Positions 26,601-35,072 of a stretch of DNA of 58,139 nt are shown here, piece after piece. Within the stretch, counting starts at the first letter, position 1, and every line of letters begins with the position of its first letter. The translations under genes and the position numbers were made by a program. The DNA comes from Bacteroidaceae bacterium (GTDB lineage: Bacteria; Bacteroidota; Bacteroidia; Bacteroidales; Bacteroidaceae), in NCBI GenBank assembly GCA_017467015.1, contig JAFTTA010000204.1:1-58139 (forward strand), given 5' to 3'. The notes under the pieces were generated by a model. That model saw nothing but the letters and a program-made list of their open reading frames with translations, was not told where the DNA came from and did no database searches.

Positions 26601-29600
26601 CAAAGTTCGTGTGACAACTGCCGAAGGGGCATCTGCCGATATTACCCTATACTACTACAGCTGTTCTCCTAAAGGATTGCTAAAGGCAAACATTACCGGC
26701 ATCAACACCACAGCAACCAAAGGAACATATCGCGACTACTCGTTCACCATCACAAATGTAGGTGCAGGCAAGACAGGGAAAATAACATTGGCACTTCCCG
26801 ACGTTGAGTGGATGAGCGCAGTGACATCCAAAGAAATGACATCTCTTGAACAAGGAGAGGCAACAACAGTCATTCTGCGTCTGTCGCCCACAGAGGATAT
26901 GCAACTAAATGTACCTCGTACAGGTAAAATAGGCATAAATTGTGAAAACGGGACCGGACTGTCATTGAACTACAAGGTAGAGGCTGTTTCCCAGACAACC
27001 GGTATACTCGTTGTTGATGTATGCGACGAATACACCTATTATACCGCTGAGGCTCCACATCTTGCAGGTGCAAAAGTCGTGTTACGCCATCCGGTAACAA
27101 AAGAACTTGTCTTCGAGGGAATCACCGGTCCCGATGGCTTATATAAAGTGGAACTTCCCGAAGGTTATTATCAATTAGAGGTTAGTGCAGATAAACATGA
27201 TACATATACAAATACCATACTTGTCGACCCGGGTAAGGAAACTCCTATAACAGTAGACCTCAGTTTTCAAGCTATAACAGTTGATTGGGATGTACAAGAG
27301 ACAGAGGTGAAAGACGAATACAGATTAGTCTCCACAGTAAAATATGAGACAAATGTACCCGCCCCGGTGGTGATACTAAATATCCCCGAGCGTATAGATG
27401 GCGACGACATGGCTGCCGGCGAGAGCACTCTGGTATATTTCACCGTTACAAACAAAGGTTTGGTAACCGCTTTCAACGTGGAGGTATATATACCGGAAAA
27501 CAGTGCAGAGTGGAAGTTTGAAGCATTGGAAAATGCCGGTCCTTTCAATCTCGCAGCACATCAAGCCGTCACCATCCCCGTGCTTATAACTCACCTGACC
27601 GATGGCACAAGCAGCAGTAGGAGCAAAAGCAATATCTCTCGTGCCGGGGGTTACAACTATTTCGGCAGTTGCATGGCGCAAGCATCTGCAGCCTACGAAA
27701 TAATATGTGGCAAAACCATAAAAACAAACAAATACACTCAAACAATGGCTCTCAAAATGTGTGGAACGGCAGCCATTGGAGCCACCATATTAGATGTCCT
27801 TAACGATATATACCGTGGCGGTTGGGGACGTGTAAACCCACCATCGTATGTGGTTCCGCCAACAAATAATGTAGAATACAAACCTGTCGATAAAAAAGTG
27901 GTAGTAACTACAGGTGAAATGTTCTCGCTTTGTGATACCTGTGACGCTCAGAAAGCCTCTGATTTGGTCGAAGTGGTAATAGGTCTTTCAAGCCTTAGCA
28001 CACTTAACGATGCTGCAAACATGGCCATAGAGGATATAAACAGAATGAAAGAGGGTAAACAATCCGAATACAAGATAACAATAACCAAAAAAGCTCTTAA
28101 ATCTCTCATCAGCGAGATAGCCAAAGCAAACAGTCAGGTTATTGAGATAGGCTTCGGCGTCATCGAATGGATAAAGAATGTCAAAGATTTGGTTGATGCT
28201 CTCACAAAAGAGTGCCCCTCCACCCAAAATAAGAAAAGCAAGCTACGCGGCGTTGAGTATGCTTCGGAACGCAGCTGGCAGGAACAACTCAATGTTGTAG
28301 GGAAGGAATTCTCTCACTATATATCACTTGTGCCAGCAATGATGGGAGAATTGTTTGGCGACTCAGTGTGGTTCGACAGGGAACTGGATGCAAAGGTCGA
28401 ATTCTTTAACTATCTCGTAGAGCACGATTCAGTGACACTCGACGAACTCCTCTTGGTGAAACCCGACGATGTAACAGATGAACAGGTGGAAGCACTCGTA
28501 AATAGAATAGAGAATTTTGCAACAGGCGCATCAGATGACAATACAATAGATATAAATCTCTTGGACTCATTGAGTAATGAAGCTGCAACGCTTAACGAAG
28601 CAGCCATGCGTGCAGGTTACGAATCACTCTATGCACAATTTGTTGACGCCCATGAGACAGCCATGGACTTTTATCGTGGCGCATCTTCGTCGGTCTGTGC
28701 ATCCGTCACCTTGCAATTCTCACAAGAGATGACAATGACTCGCCAAGCATTCCGTGGTACACTCACCGTCTTTAATGGTCACGAAACAAAAGCAATGGAA
28801 AATGTCAAACTCATCCTTGACGTGACAGACGAAAATGGCACAACTGCAACCTCGCGCGAATTCCAAATAAATGTTGAGGGTCTAAGCCAATTTGACGGGG
28901 CATTGAAACTCGACGGCGGTTGGTCGTTGCAGGCAAACGAGAAAGGTATTGCTACAATCCTCTTTATACCTACAAAGTATGCAGCACCCACAGAAGACGT
29001 AAAATACTCCTTCGGTGGTAGATTGTCGTACCTCGACCCATTTACCGGGCTCGAAGTAACTCGTAATCTCACGCCTGTTACCATGACGGTTAAACCATCG
29101 CCTCAGTTAGACCTTACCTATTTCATGCAGCGCGACATTTATGGTGATGATCCGCTTACTACTGCTGTTGAACCAATAAAGGAAGCTGAATTCTCATTGC
29201 TCATAAACAATGTAGGCAACGGCATCGCAAAAGATGTCAGAATGATGACCGAGCAACCCAAAATTATAGACAACGAGAAGGGATTGCTTGTGAACTTTGA
29301 GATACTCGGCAGTCTGCTCAACGGTAAAGAAAAGAGCATGGCTATGGGTGGCGATGTAGCAACCGACTTCGGAACCATAGCACCCGGTAACACAGCATAT
29401 GCACAGTGGTGGTTGACAAGCACTCTGTTGGGACACTTTGTCGATTATGATGTTGAAGCAACCCATGTCACAAGCTACGATAATCCCGAACTTACGCTGC
29501 TCAATAACGTTACCATACGCGAACTCATCCGCAGTTTGAATGTTGTCGAAGGTCCTGATACCATGGTCGGATTTATGGTAAATGACATCGGGGATGCTTA

Positions 29601-31737
29601 TGATTTGCCCGATATGCTATATCTTTCCAACGGCGAGGTTGAAAAGGTGCAAATCGCTGCTTCTTCAAATATCTCAAAAATATCCGACAATGAATATCTG
29701 TTGAGTGTAACTCCTTCGGATAGCGGTTGGAACTATGGACATATTTCAGACCCCACATACGGTGTTGCCGAACTCGACAAGATAATACGTAAAAGCGACA
29801 ATCGTGAAATAAGCCTGAGAAATATTTGGCAAACAGACCGAACATTGCGCGATGGCAAAGAACCATTGTATGAAAACAGAATACATTTTGCAGATAAATT
29901 TGCAGCATTGGCAGGCGAAGAATATTTGTTGATATTCAAACCTTCTCCCTCACCTCTGCTCGAAGTTCAAAGCTTTGTCGGAGTTCCCGCAGCCGAAGAT
30001 GTATGCACCAAACAACTTACCGACATCACGCTGTTGTTCAACAAAGAAATCAACGATACTACATTTACTGTTGATGATATAACATTGACTTGTCAAGGTA
30101 ATAAGGTAGATAATGCAGATATCACAATTGAAAAAATCTCTGTAAAAGAGTATAAACTCATACTCTCAAAGGTTACCTTGAATGATGGCTACTATGTGCT
30201 TACCGTTCAAACAGCAGGCATCATTGATGGTGAAGGATTCTATGGCAAGAGCGGAAAGCAGGCAGCATGGACACAGTTTGTTCATGGCAAGCTGCCATTA
30301 AAAGTCGCAATCTCCCCGGTCGAAGGCGGTACAGTATCACACACCTCCGGTCACTACCCATGCGATACCACCATTGTGGTAAAGGCCGTACCCGCAGAAG
30401 CATACACATTCAGTCATTGGATGGTTAATGCCGATACATACAGTAACGACACGGTTTGCAACCTCACACTCACGGACAACACAGAGCTTACCGCAGTATT
30501 TGCAAAAAAATTCTATAAGTTGACCATAGAGTGCGATACAACCAAAGGTGTCGTAAACAACGCCGCAACAGGTATCTATGAGTATGGTAGTGAGTTTACA
30601 CTTAAAGCCGAACCCTTGGAAGATTGTGTGTTTGAGGGTTGGATAGTGAACGGTGTCGCAGGTGGTACCCAAGATACACTTTGCGTGAAGATGGACACCA
30701 CCCTCAACGTAACGGCAAATTATAAACGTGTAAGATATCATCAGAAACAAAAAGTTTACAAAGGCTGGAACTGGCTATCCAGCTACATTGGCGATGAAAT
30801 CTCCATAGATGTCTTTGAATCGGGTGTCAACAGAGTACTGACCCAGATTAGCGAACTCATACGTGACCCGGAGCTCGGTCTCGTAGGTGATATAACCTCC
30901 ATAAAATGCGGTGAAGGCTATAAAATAGAAGCAATATACTCTTCACTACGAACAATGAGTGGCGTTCTCCACAATACTGAAAAAACCCCGATAGTTCTGC
31001 GTAAAGGCTGGAATTGGATATCTTATCCCTATAATGAGGAGCGCACCATCTCATCAGTGATACAAAATCCCGAGGAGGGCGACTTCATTGTTTCACAAGA
31101 GGGATTCACTGAGTATGCCGACGGATACTGGGAAGGTACCATCCAAAATTTTGTTCCCGGAGCCGGCTACATATACAAATCGATGGCAAAGAAAGAGCTT
31201 GCTTTCAATTTTGTGAAAAAATCGTCACAAAACCGACTCAAAGCAAGAAACATGCAGTCTGTAACCTATGCTCACGAGGTTGATATAAGAAAGTATCCAT
31301 CGACCATGAATATCACAGCTCGCATGTATAAAGACAATATGGAATATGGCGATGAAACATGTATACTCTATGCCATGGACGGAAACGAGTGTCGCGGAAT
31401 AGGTAAACTCATAGGTAAGAATTACTACATAACCATATATGGCGACAAGCCGGTCGATATATCGTTCATTGTAGAAAATACCTCCACCGGCGATACATAT
31501 CTGGCAAATGAAACATTGCAGTTCAGCGAGGATGTGGTCGGCAGCAGAAAATCACCTTACACAATAACAATAGACAATCCAACAGGTATTAACTCTGTGG
31601 ATGATGGCAAACAAAGAATGAAAGTATATAGTATCGAAGGTGTATTGATAGAACCTGCGGCAGACAAGGAGGCACTCAAACGCTTGCCAAAAGGTATATA
31701 CATCATAGACGGTAAAAAGTATCGTATAAACAAGTAG
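23644..31737 (+). CDS. Giant (2697 aa) multidomain T9SS cargo: cohesin-like, CARDB, 4 Calx-beta-like, Ig-like/CarboxypepD_reg-like, central helical region, 2 InlB-B-type repeats, GWNW cassette and CTD
   Basis: Starts 4 nt after the previous stop. Signal peptide MSTNKIITTITFLLLNTIALFAQ. CARDB-like PDLAVSNVS..VSWTVTNVGG and PDVIIDSLRV..IKNDG. C-terminal CTD MKVYSIEGVLI..GIYIIDGKKYRINK. Confidence 0.9.
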   Translation: MSTNKIITTITFLLLNTIALFAQNVLSVPDVTVAAGETIRIPINLDNTEDVVAAQFTLTVPDGITLSPTSATMSERSNGHSVTMRRMASGKYMVMIFSSENKAILGRTGKIMTVNISAAASMQEDSQHEMSLSDVIIGARDGSNIVSSFNTGKIIIAPAPDLAVSNVSTDRQEFNPAERITVSWTVTNVGGSTTRGGWSEQITLVSTDGETTTLIGRVYHNEKLAIATPLTRQVDIELPKILEMDGNCRLQVKLIANSDAGEHSESTDNNVAHTDVTTGKKIYLSIPDVPIEENIGTPVRCKLSRSGNRDSEELFTLNCSNNARVKIPSTVTIPDKSSEVYFYAEVVDNDTIDGQTRVAITATNNDYLPVEAEMLIKDNEYPTLSVASSKSIITEGEKFTLTITTEKASVEPINITLTSEYSKKFSFPSQIIILPGEKETTVEVATVDDDIPDASVGATFYVSSTDCNNGETVVLLHDNDLPEIELTFAPDTVSESAGATAVVAILRRLTNCDKKATINLSDNSEGKLLYSTKSVTMDAGISEQQITIGVIDDNTINGEQKYTITAALYLTSCNCSATGTNGGVVTRTLTILDDDAASLALASSKSMLVEGAEEATTLTITRNTDTSAPLVVTLTSSNDEKLIYERTVEIPVGESSVTTLVSVKGDDVVTPDQTVTFTAVADGHTKGTCWAMVTDNSYPDVIIDSLRVQSLTMEASSIAEIALTIKNDGVTTMPSNAKAEIYINNILTTTLYTLDCLEPGESTTLVKQVAMPATPGTHTLHATINNDKKIKELTYLNNTSEKVLLTLLSQYTLTANTDKAIYQSGENIKISGEATGTNTTNAQVEIYIINSGVRRTMTTTTDATGKYSVTWKPYSNQSGHFVVGACQPGENSMEEQTAFDVYGLKLATTSPILCETFVDEPYNGVVPLVNPGQLALTNIKAEIISAPEGCSVEFTPIEKIEGDATANLAFTINSQAPSTASDWEQIKVRVTTAEGASADITLYYYSCSPKGLLKANITGINTTATKGTYRDYSFTITNVGAGKTGKITLALPDVEWMSAVTSKEMTSLEQGEATTVILRLSPTEDMQLNVPRTGKIGINCENGTGLSLNYKVEAVSQTTGILVVDVCDEYTYYTAEAPHLAGAKVVLRHPVTKELVFEGITGPDGLYKVELPEGYYQLEVSADKHDTYTNTILVDPGKETPITVDLSFQAITVDWDVQETEVKDEYRLVSTVKYETNVPAPVVILNIPERIDGDDMAAGESTLVYFTVTNKGLVTAFNVEVYIPENSAEWKFEALENAGPFNLAAHQAVTIPVLITHLTDGTSSSRSKSNISRAGGYNYFGSCMAQASAAYEIICGKTIKTNKYTQTMALKMCGTAAIGATILDVLNDIYRGGWGRVNPPSYVVPPTNNVEYKPVDKKVVVTTGEMFSLCDTCDAQKASDLVEVVIGLSSLSTLNDAANMAIEDINRMKEGKQSEYKITITKKALKSLISEIAKANSQVIEIGFGVIEWIKNVKDLVDALTKECPSTQNKKSKLRGVEYASERSWQEQLNVVGKEFSHYISLVPAMMGELFGDSVWFDRELDAKVEFFNYLVEHDSVTLDELLLVKPDDVTDEQVEALVNRIENFATGASDDNTIDINLLDSLSNEAATLNEAAMRAGYESLYAQFVDAHETAMDFYRGASSSVCASVTLQFSQEMTMTRQAFRGTLTVFNGHETKAMENVKLILDVTDENGTTATSREFQINVEGLSQFDGALKLDGGWSLQANEKGIATILFIPTKYAAPTEDVKYSFGGRLSYLDPFTGLEVTRNLTPVTMTVKPSPQLDLTYFMQRDIYGDDPLTTAVEPIKEAEFSLLINNVGNGIAKDVRMMTEQPKIIDNEKGLLVNFEILGSLLNGKEKSMAMGGDVATDFGTIAPGNTAYAQWWLTSTLLGHFVDYDVEATHVTSYDNPELTLLNNVTIRELIRSLNVVEGPDTMVGFMVNDIGDAYDLPDMLYLSNGEVEKVQIAASSNISKISDNEYLLSVTPSDSGWNYGHISDPTYGVAELDKIIRKSDNREISLRNIWQTDRTLRDGKEPLYENRIHFADKFAALAGEEYLLIFKPSPSPLLEVQSFVGVPAAEDVCTKQLTDITLLFNKEINDTTFTVDDITLTCQGNKVDNADITIEKISVKEYKLILSKVTLNDGYYVLTVQTAGIIDGEGFYGKSGKQAAWTQFVHGKLPLKVAISPVEGGTVSHTSGHYPCDTTIVVKAVPAEAYTFSHWMVNADTYSNDTVCNLTLTDNTELTAVFAKKFYKLTIECDTTKGVVNNAATGIYEYGSEFTLKAEPLEDCVFEGWIVNGVAGGTQDTLCVKMDTTLNVTANYKRVRYHQKQKVYKGWNWLSSYIGDEISIDVFESGVNRVLTQISELIRDPELGLVGDITSIKCGEGYKIEAIYSSLRTMSGVLHNTEKTPIVLRKGWNWISYPYNEERTISSVIQNPEEGDFIVSQEGFTEYADGYWEGTIQNFVPGAGYIYKSMAKKELAFNFVKKSSQNRLKARNMQSVTYAHEVDIRKYPSTMNITARMYKDNMEYGDETCILYAMDGNECRGIGKLIGKNYYITIYGDKPVDISFIVENTSTGDTYLANETLQFSEDVVGSRKSPYTITIDNPTGINSVDDGKQRMKVYSIEGVLIEPAADKEALKRLPKGIYIIDGKKYRINK
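23710..24115 (+). other. Cohesin-like module 3
   Basis: LSVPDVTVAAGETIRIPINLDNTEDVVAAQFTLTVPDGITLS ... GKIMTVNISAA ... HEMSLSDVIIG. Confidence 0.6.
24480..25740 (+). repeat. Four tandem ~105-aa Calx-beta-like modules
   Basis: Each unit shows the pattern '..E..G....L.I.R.......V.L......(K/R)........V.I..G.S......V.DD...(D/E)......' and ends in DN(D/E/S)(Y/L)P or DDDAA. Examples: LIKDNEYPTLSVASS, LLHDNDLPEIELTFA, ILDDDAASLALASS, MVTDNSYPD. Confidence 0.65.
30291..30733 (+). repeat. Two InlB-B-type repeats in the 2697-aa protein
   Basis: LPLKVAISPVEGGTVSH..YTFSHWMVNADTYS..ELTAVFAKK and YKLTIECDTTKGVVNN..CVFEGWIVNGVAGG..LNVTANYKRV. Confidence 0.7.
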
Positions 31738-31763
31738 ACGATAATACTCAAACTCAACAAATC

Positions 31764-31806
31764 ACAGAAAGCAAGAAATTTTCTTGCTTTCTGTATCTTT
31801 TTTTAA
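31764..31806 (+). terminator. Rho-independent terminator of the three-gene operon
   Basis: acagaaagcaagaaa / tttcttgctttctgt palindrome (31764-31794) followed by a long T run. Confidence 0.85.
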
Positions 31807-31869
31807 TGTCCGTTAGGTATATATATGCAAAATTATTAAGAAAATGTAACAGCTTAAAAATAAAAGTTG

Positions 31870-31877
31870 TAACTTTG
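31870..31877 (+). promoter_or_regulatory. Bacteroidota -7 box
   Basis: TAACTTTG lies 60 nt upstream of the ATG at 31938. Confidence 0.55.
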
Positions 31878-31937
31878 CGCCGCAATTTTCGATAAAGATA
31901 TATAACACATTATTATAATTTAAAATCGACACAAATC

Positions 31938-33179
31938 ATGAGAAAGTTTTTTTCATTCTTTGCAGCATCGGTGCTTGTTGCCGTAATGTTGACATCTTGC
32001 CAGCAGGCTGCGCAGCCTAACACGCTTACAGAGGCTGAGGTTGCCGAGGGTTGGCAGCTCCTTTTTGATGGTCAGACACTTGATGGCTGGCGCAGTTACA
32101 ACCGCGATACTCTTGCTGGCGGTTGGCATGTGGTTGACGGTTGCATCCAGGCTTCAGGCGAGGGTAGCGACGGTCATGGTTATATCGTAACAGACAAGAA
32201 GTTCTCTAACTTCGAACTTGTTTGGGATTGGAAACTTACAAACGGTGGTAACAGCGGTATGCTCTATCACGTAGTTGAGCGTCCCCAGTTCAGTGTACCT
32301 TATGTAACAGCTCCCGAGTATCAGCTTATCGATGTTGAGGGTTGGGAACAGAAAAATGCTCCTGCCAAATTGGAAGATTGGCAGAAAATAGGCGTCGACT
32401 ACGCTATGCACCTCCCCGATTACAGCAAAATGCACATCAATCCTGTTGGCGAGTGGAACTCATCAAAAATCGTATTCGACAATGGTCATGTTGAGCACTG
32501 GCTAAATGGTGAGAAAATTGTTGAGTTCGAGGCATGGACAGATGATTGGTTTGTAAGAAAGGCAAGCGGCAAATGGACAATGGCTCCCGAGTATGGTCTT
32601 TGCAACACAGGTCTTCTCTGCTTGCAGGATCATGGCGACCCCGCATCTTTCCGCAATATCAAAATCAAAGAGCTTCCTGCCAAAGAGAGTGCTGCGGCTC
32701 CTATGTTCAATGGCAAAGACCTCACAGGTTGGGATACATTCGGCTGCGTGAAGGCTTCTGTTGACGCTGAAGGCAACCTCGTTGTCGAGAATGGCGATGA
32801 GAAGAAGGCCGGTTATGTGGGTACACGTAACTACATCGAAGACTTTGACTTCTCAGTTGACGTAAAGAGCGAGGGCAAAGATTGCGCTCCTCTCTACTTC
32901 CGCGCATTTGTTCCCAAGAAAAAGAACGAGTGGGGCGAGATTGCAGGTTGGAAGTTTGAAATCCCTGAGGAGAAAGTTTCTCTCTTGAAGAAAGGCGATT
33001 GGAACACTTTCCGCATCACAGTTAAAGAGGGCAATGTTAAGACATTTATCAACGGTGAGGCTGTTGCCGAGTACACCGACGAGGCTCTTAAAACAGTTCC
33101 CGGACGTATCATGATGATGGTTAACGAGGGTGCAGAGACAAAGGTTCTCTACAAAAACTTCCAGCTGTCTAATATTTAA
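31938..33179 (+). CDS. Lipoprotein with two DUF1080 (3-keto-disaccharide hydrolase-like) domains
   Basis: 413 aa with lipobox LTSC. First domain: LFDGQTLDGWRSY..GNSGMLYHV..EYQLID..LCLQDHGDPASFRNIKIKEL. Second domain starts MFNGKDLTGWDTF and ends VLYKNFQL. Confidence 0.75.
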   Translation: MRKFFSFFAASVLVAVMLTSCQQAAQPNTLTEAEVAEGWQLLFDGQTLDGWRSYNRDTLAGGWHVVDGCIQASGEGSDGHGYIVTDKKFSNFELVWDWKLTNGGNSGMLYHVVERPQFSVPYVTAPEYQLIDVEGWEQKNAPAKLEDWQKIGVDYAMHLPDYSKMHINPVGEWNSSKIVFDNGHVEHWLNGEKIVEFEAWTDDWFVRKASGKWTMAPEYGLCNTGLLCLQDHGDPASFRNIKIKELPAKESAAAPMFNGKDLTGWDTFGCVKASVDAEGNLVVENGDEKKAGYVGTRNYIEDFDFSVDVKSEGKDCAPLYFRAFVPKKKNEWGEIAGWKFEIPEEKVSLLKKGDWNTFRITVKEGNVKTFINGEAVAEYTDEALKTVPGRIMMMVNEGAETKVLYKNFQLSNI

Positions 33180-33272
33180 TAAGGAAGTTGTCGATATATA
33201 GTAGCTGAATAAAAAGTCTGTTTTTCGAATTTGGAAACCTTATAACTTCATCTTTTTATTCAACCGCTTGAC

Positions 33273-33309
33273 AAAAAAACGACCAAGTAATTTACTTGGT
33301 CGTTTTTTG
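33273..33309. terminator. Bidirectional terminator between convergent genes
   Basis: aaaaaaacgaccaagt-aattt-acttggtcgtttttt: a 10-bp GC-containing stem flanked by an A run on one side and a T run on the other. Confidence 0.8.
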
Positions 33310-33326
33310 TTTTTTCGGTGTTGTAT

Positions 33327-34385
33327 TTATCTGCCTAATTTTTTCAGTATCTTGTCTACAACCGTTTGCGGGTCAATTTGCATGCAAGTGTAGTTGCCCG
33401 AGCGGCAAGGCTTATTGCCGAAGATGGAACATGGTCGGCAGGGGAGTTCAAGCTGTACGCAGTCTTCGTCTTTCTGACGCCATCCAAGAAAACCTGCCAA
33501 TGGTGATGTTGCTCCCCAAATAGAGATTACCGGTGTGTTGACAAGCGATGCAATGTGCATGTTTGCCGAGTCCATACTCACCATTAGTTCGAGGTTGCTT
33601 ATAAGAGTTAGTTCTCCACGAAAATCGCTTTTGCCTATGAACGACATTACATTGGGGTAGCGCTCGCACCAACCATTTACCACTGTCTCTTCTTCTTTGC
33701 CGTTTCCGAAACAGAAAATTTTTAATCTTGGTTGTGAGGAAAGTGTCTCAATCACTTTCTCCAATTTTTCTATGGGGTAAATTTTCCCGTTGTGGCGTGC
33801 AAAGGGGGCAATCCCTATCCATTGCTCTCCTTCTTTTTGTGGAAGTATGTTTGCCAGTGTTGCGAGGTCGCCTTTTTTGTTGTTGCCGAAGAGTGAGACA
33901 AAGTCGGTGGCAAATTCCAATCCCAACTTCGCAAAAACCTCTTTGTATCGCTCAAATGTACTTTTCAGTTGTTGGCGATTGTTATTGTCGGGGCTTGTGA
34001 GGCGTCGTTTCTCGGCTCTGCCTTTTTCTATTGAGGCGCAACGTACTCCCTCTGTCTTCAAAAATGTCCTTAATATTTTTGTACGCAACACATTGTGTAG
34101 GTCGGCAATGGCATCGGGTCGGTGTTTCATTAACCTGCTTTTTAGTTTCCACAATCCTGCTAGTCCTTTATATTCATCAAGGTTGATGCCCTCGAAAATG
34201 ACGTTTTCGGGGGCATTTACCAAAAATTGTCCAAACCTTTCGCGGCTGACAAATATAAAGGTCTTGTCGCTGTATGTGGCGGCAATCGAGTATAGCAATG
34301 GTATTGTCATTGCTATGTCGCCTACCGCAGAAAAGCGTGTTATGAGAATCCTTCCCGGAGTGTTTCTATTTTTTTCCTGCACCAT
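33327..34385 (-). CDS. Glycosyltransferase family 9 (LPS heptosyltransferase-like)
   Basis: 352 aa. RILITRFSAVGDIAMTIPLL N-terminus and a C-terminal GNGKEEE..SMDSANMH..VISIWG pattern typical of GT9. Confidence 0.8.
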   Translation of the reverse strand: MVQEKNRNTPGRILITRFSAVGDIAMTIPLLYSIAATYSDKTFIFVSRERFGQFLVNAPENVIFEGINLDEYKGLAGLWKLKSRLMKHRPDAIADLHNVLRTKILRTFLKTEGVRCASIEKGRAEKRRLTSPDNNNRQQLKSTFERYKEVFAKLGLEFATDFVSLFGNNKKGDLATLANILPQKEGEQWIGIAPFARHNGKIYPIEKLEKVIETLSSQPRLKIFCFGNGKEEETVVNGWCERYPNVMSFIGKSDFRGELTLISNLELMVSMDSANMHIASLVNTPVISIWGATSPLAGFLGWRQKDEDCVQLELPCRPCSIFGNKPCRSGNYTCMQIDPQTVVDKILKKLGR

Positions 34386-34962
34386 AGAGTACCGGGTTGA
34401 GCGAGGGGTCGTTGTACATCTTCATCTGACGATATACTTTCATGTATTTGCGTCCTGCCGCGATGTCGGCAAGTAGTTCGTCTATTGCTGTTGTCAAGTC
34501 TTTTTTCTGCTCAAGCAGCACGGCGAGTTTTGCTTCGCACTGTTTGTTTCCGCGGTTAACCTCTTCCTGCATGTGGTATATTTTCAGTGCAAGGATTGAA
34601 TAGCGGTCTATTGCCCATGCGGGACTTTCGGTGTTGATGGTTGCATCGGCTGTAGGAATGACATCTTTGTTTGTGTCGAGGAAGTAGCTGTCGATTAGCT
34701 CCACGAGGTCTGTTCTGTCCTGGTTCGATTTGTCGATGCGGCGTTTCAGTGTAAGAGCCTCGGTGGGGTCAATTTCGGGGTCGCGGATTATGTCCTCGAA
34801 GTGCCACTGAACAGTGTCTATCCAGCATTTGAGATAGAGATAATATTCAATGCTTTTTACGGGATAGGGGTTCTGTATAGGGGTGTCTACATTGTCGGTC
34901 TTGTGATAATCAAGAATAGCCTCGTTGAAGATGGGCCAGCTTAACTGAGTGAATGTTTTCAT
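34366..34962 (-). CDS. DUF4254-like protein (commonly paired with GT9 in Bacteroidota)
   Basis: 198 aa, helical, with a TVQWHFEDIIRD segment. Its stop overlaps the GT9 start by 20 nt. The family call is from memory of the motif and the pairing. Confidence 0.55.
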   Translation of the reverse strand: MKTFTQLSWPIFNEAILDYHKTDNVDTPIQNPYPVKSIEYYLYLKCWIDTVQWHFEDIIRDPEIDPTEALTLKRRIDKSNQDRTDLVELIDSYFLDTNKDVIPTADATINTESPAWAIDRYSILALKIYHMQEEVNRGNKQCEAKLAVLLEQKKDLTTAIDELLADIAAGRKYMKVYRQMKMYNDPSLNPVLYGAGKK

Positions 34963-34993
34963 GTTTAAACTCTTTTTTTTGTTTATTATCCTA

Positions 34994-35001
34994 CAAAATT
35001 A
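34994..35001 (-). promoter_or_regulatory. -7 box for the DUF4254/GT9 unit
   Basis: TAATTTTG on the minus strand, 32 nt upstream of the ATG at 34962. Confidence 0.5.
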
Positions 35002-35043
35002 AGCAAAGTTTATGAGTTTGCAAATAGTTTTTTAAAAACTAAT

Positions 35044-35051
35044 TATCTTTG
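35044..35051 (+). promoter_or_regulatory. -7 box for pdxB
   Basis: TATCTTTG lies 22 nt upstream of the ATG at 35073. Confidence 0.5.
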
Positions 35052-35072
35052 CATCATAAATATGCTGTTTTT

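Noticed and set aside
27664-27720. SCMAQ as a possible internal thioester (CGEQ/CxEQ-like) site in the 2697-aa protein
   Set aside because: Only the C-x-x-Q spacing matches. The conserved Glu is missing, and I see no surrounding alpha-2-macroglobulin or TED context. This is too weak without structural support.
33790-34476. 228-aa plus-strand ORF antisense to the GT9 and DUF4254 genes
   Set aside because: Shadow ORF with non-protein-like composition. The opposite strand carries two recognisable, translationally coupled genes.
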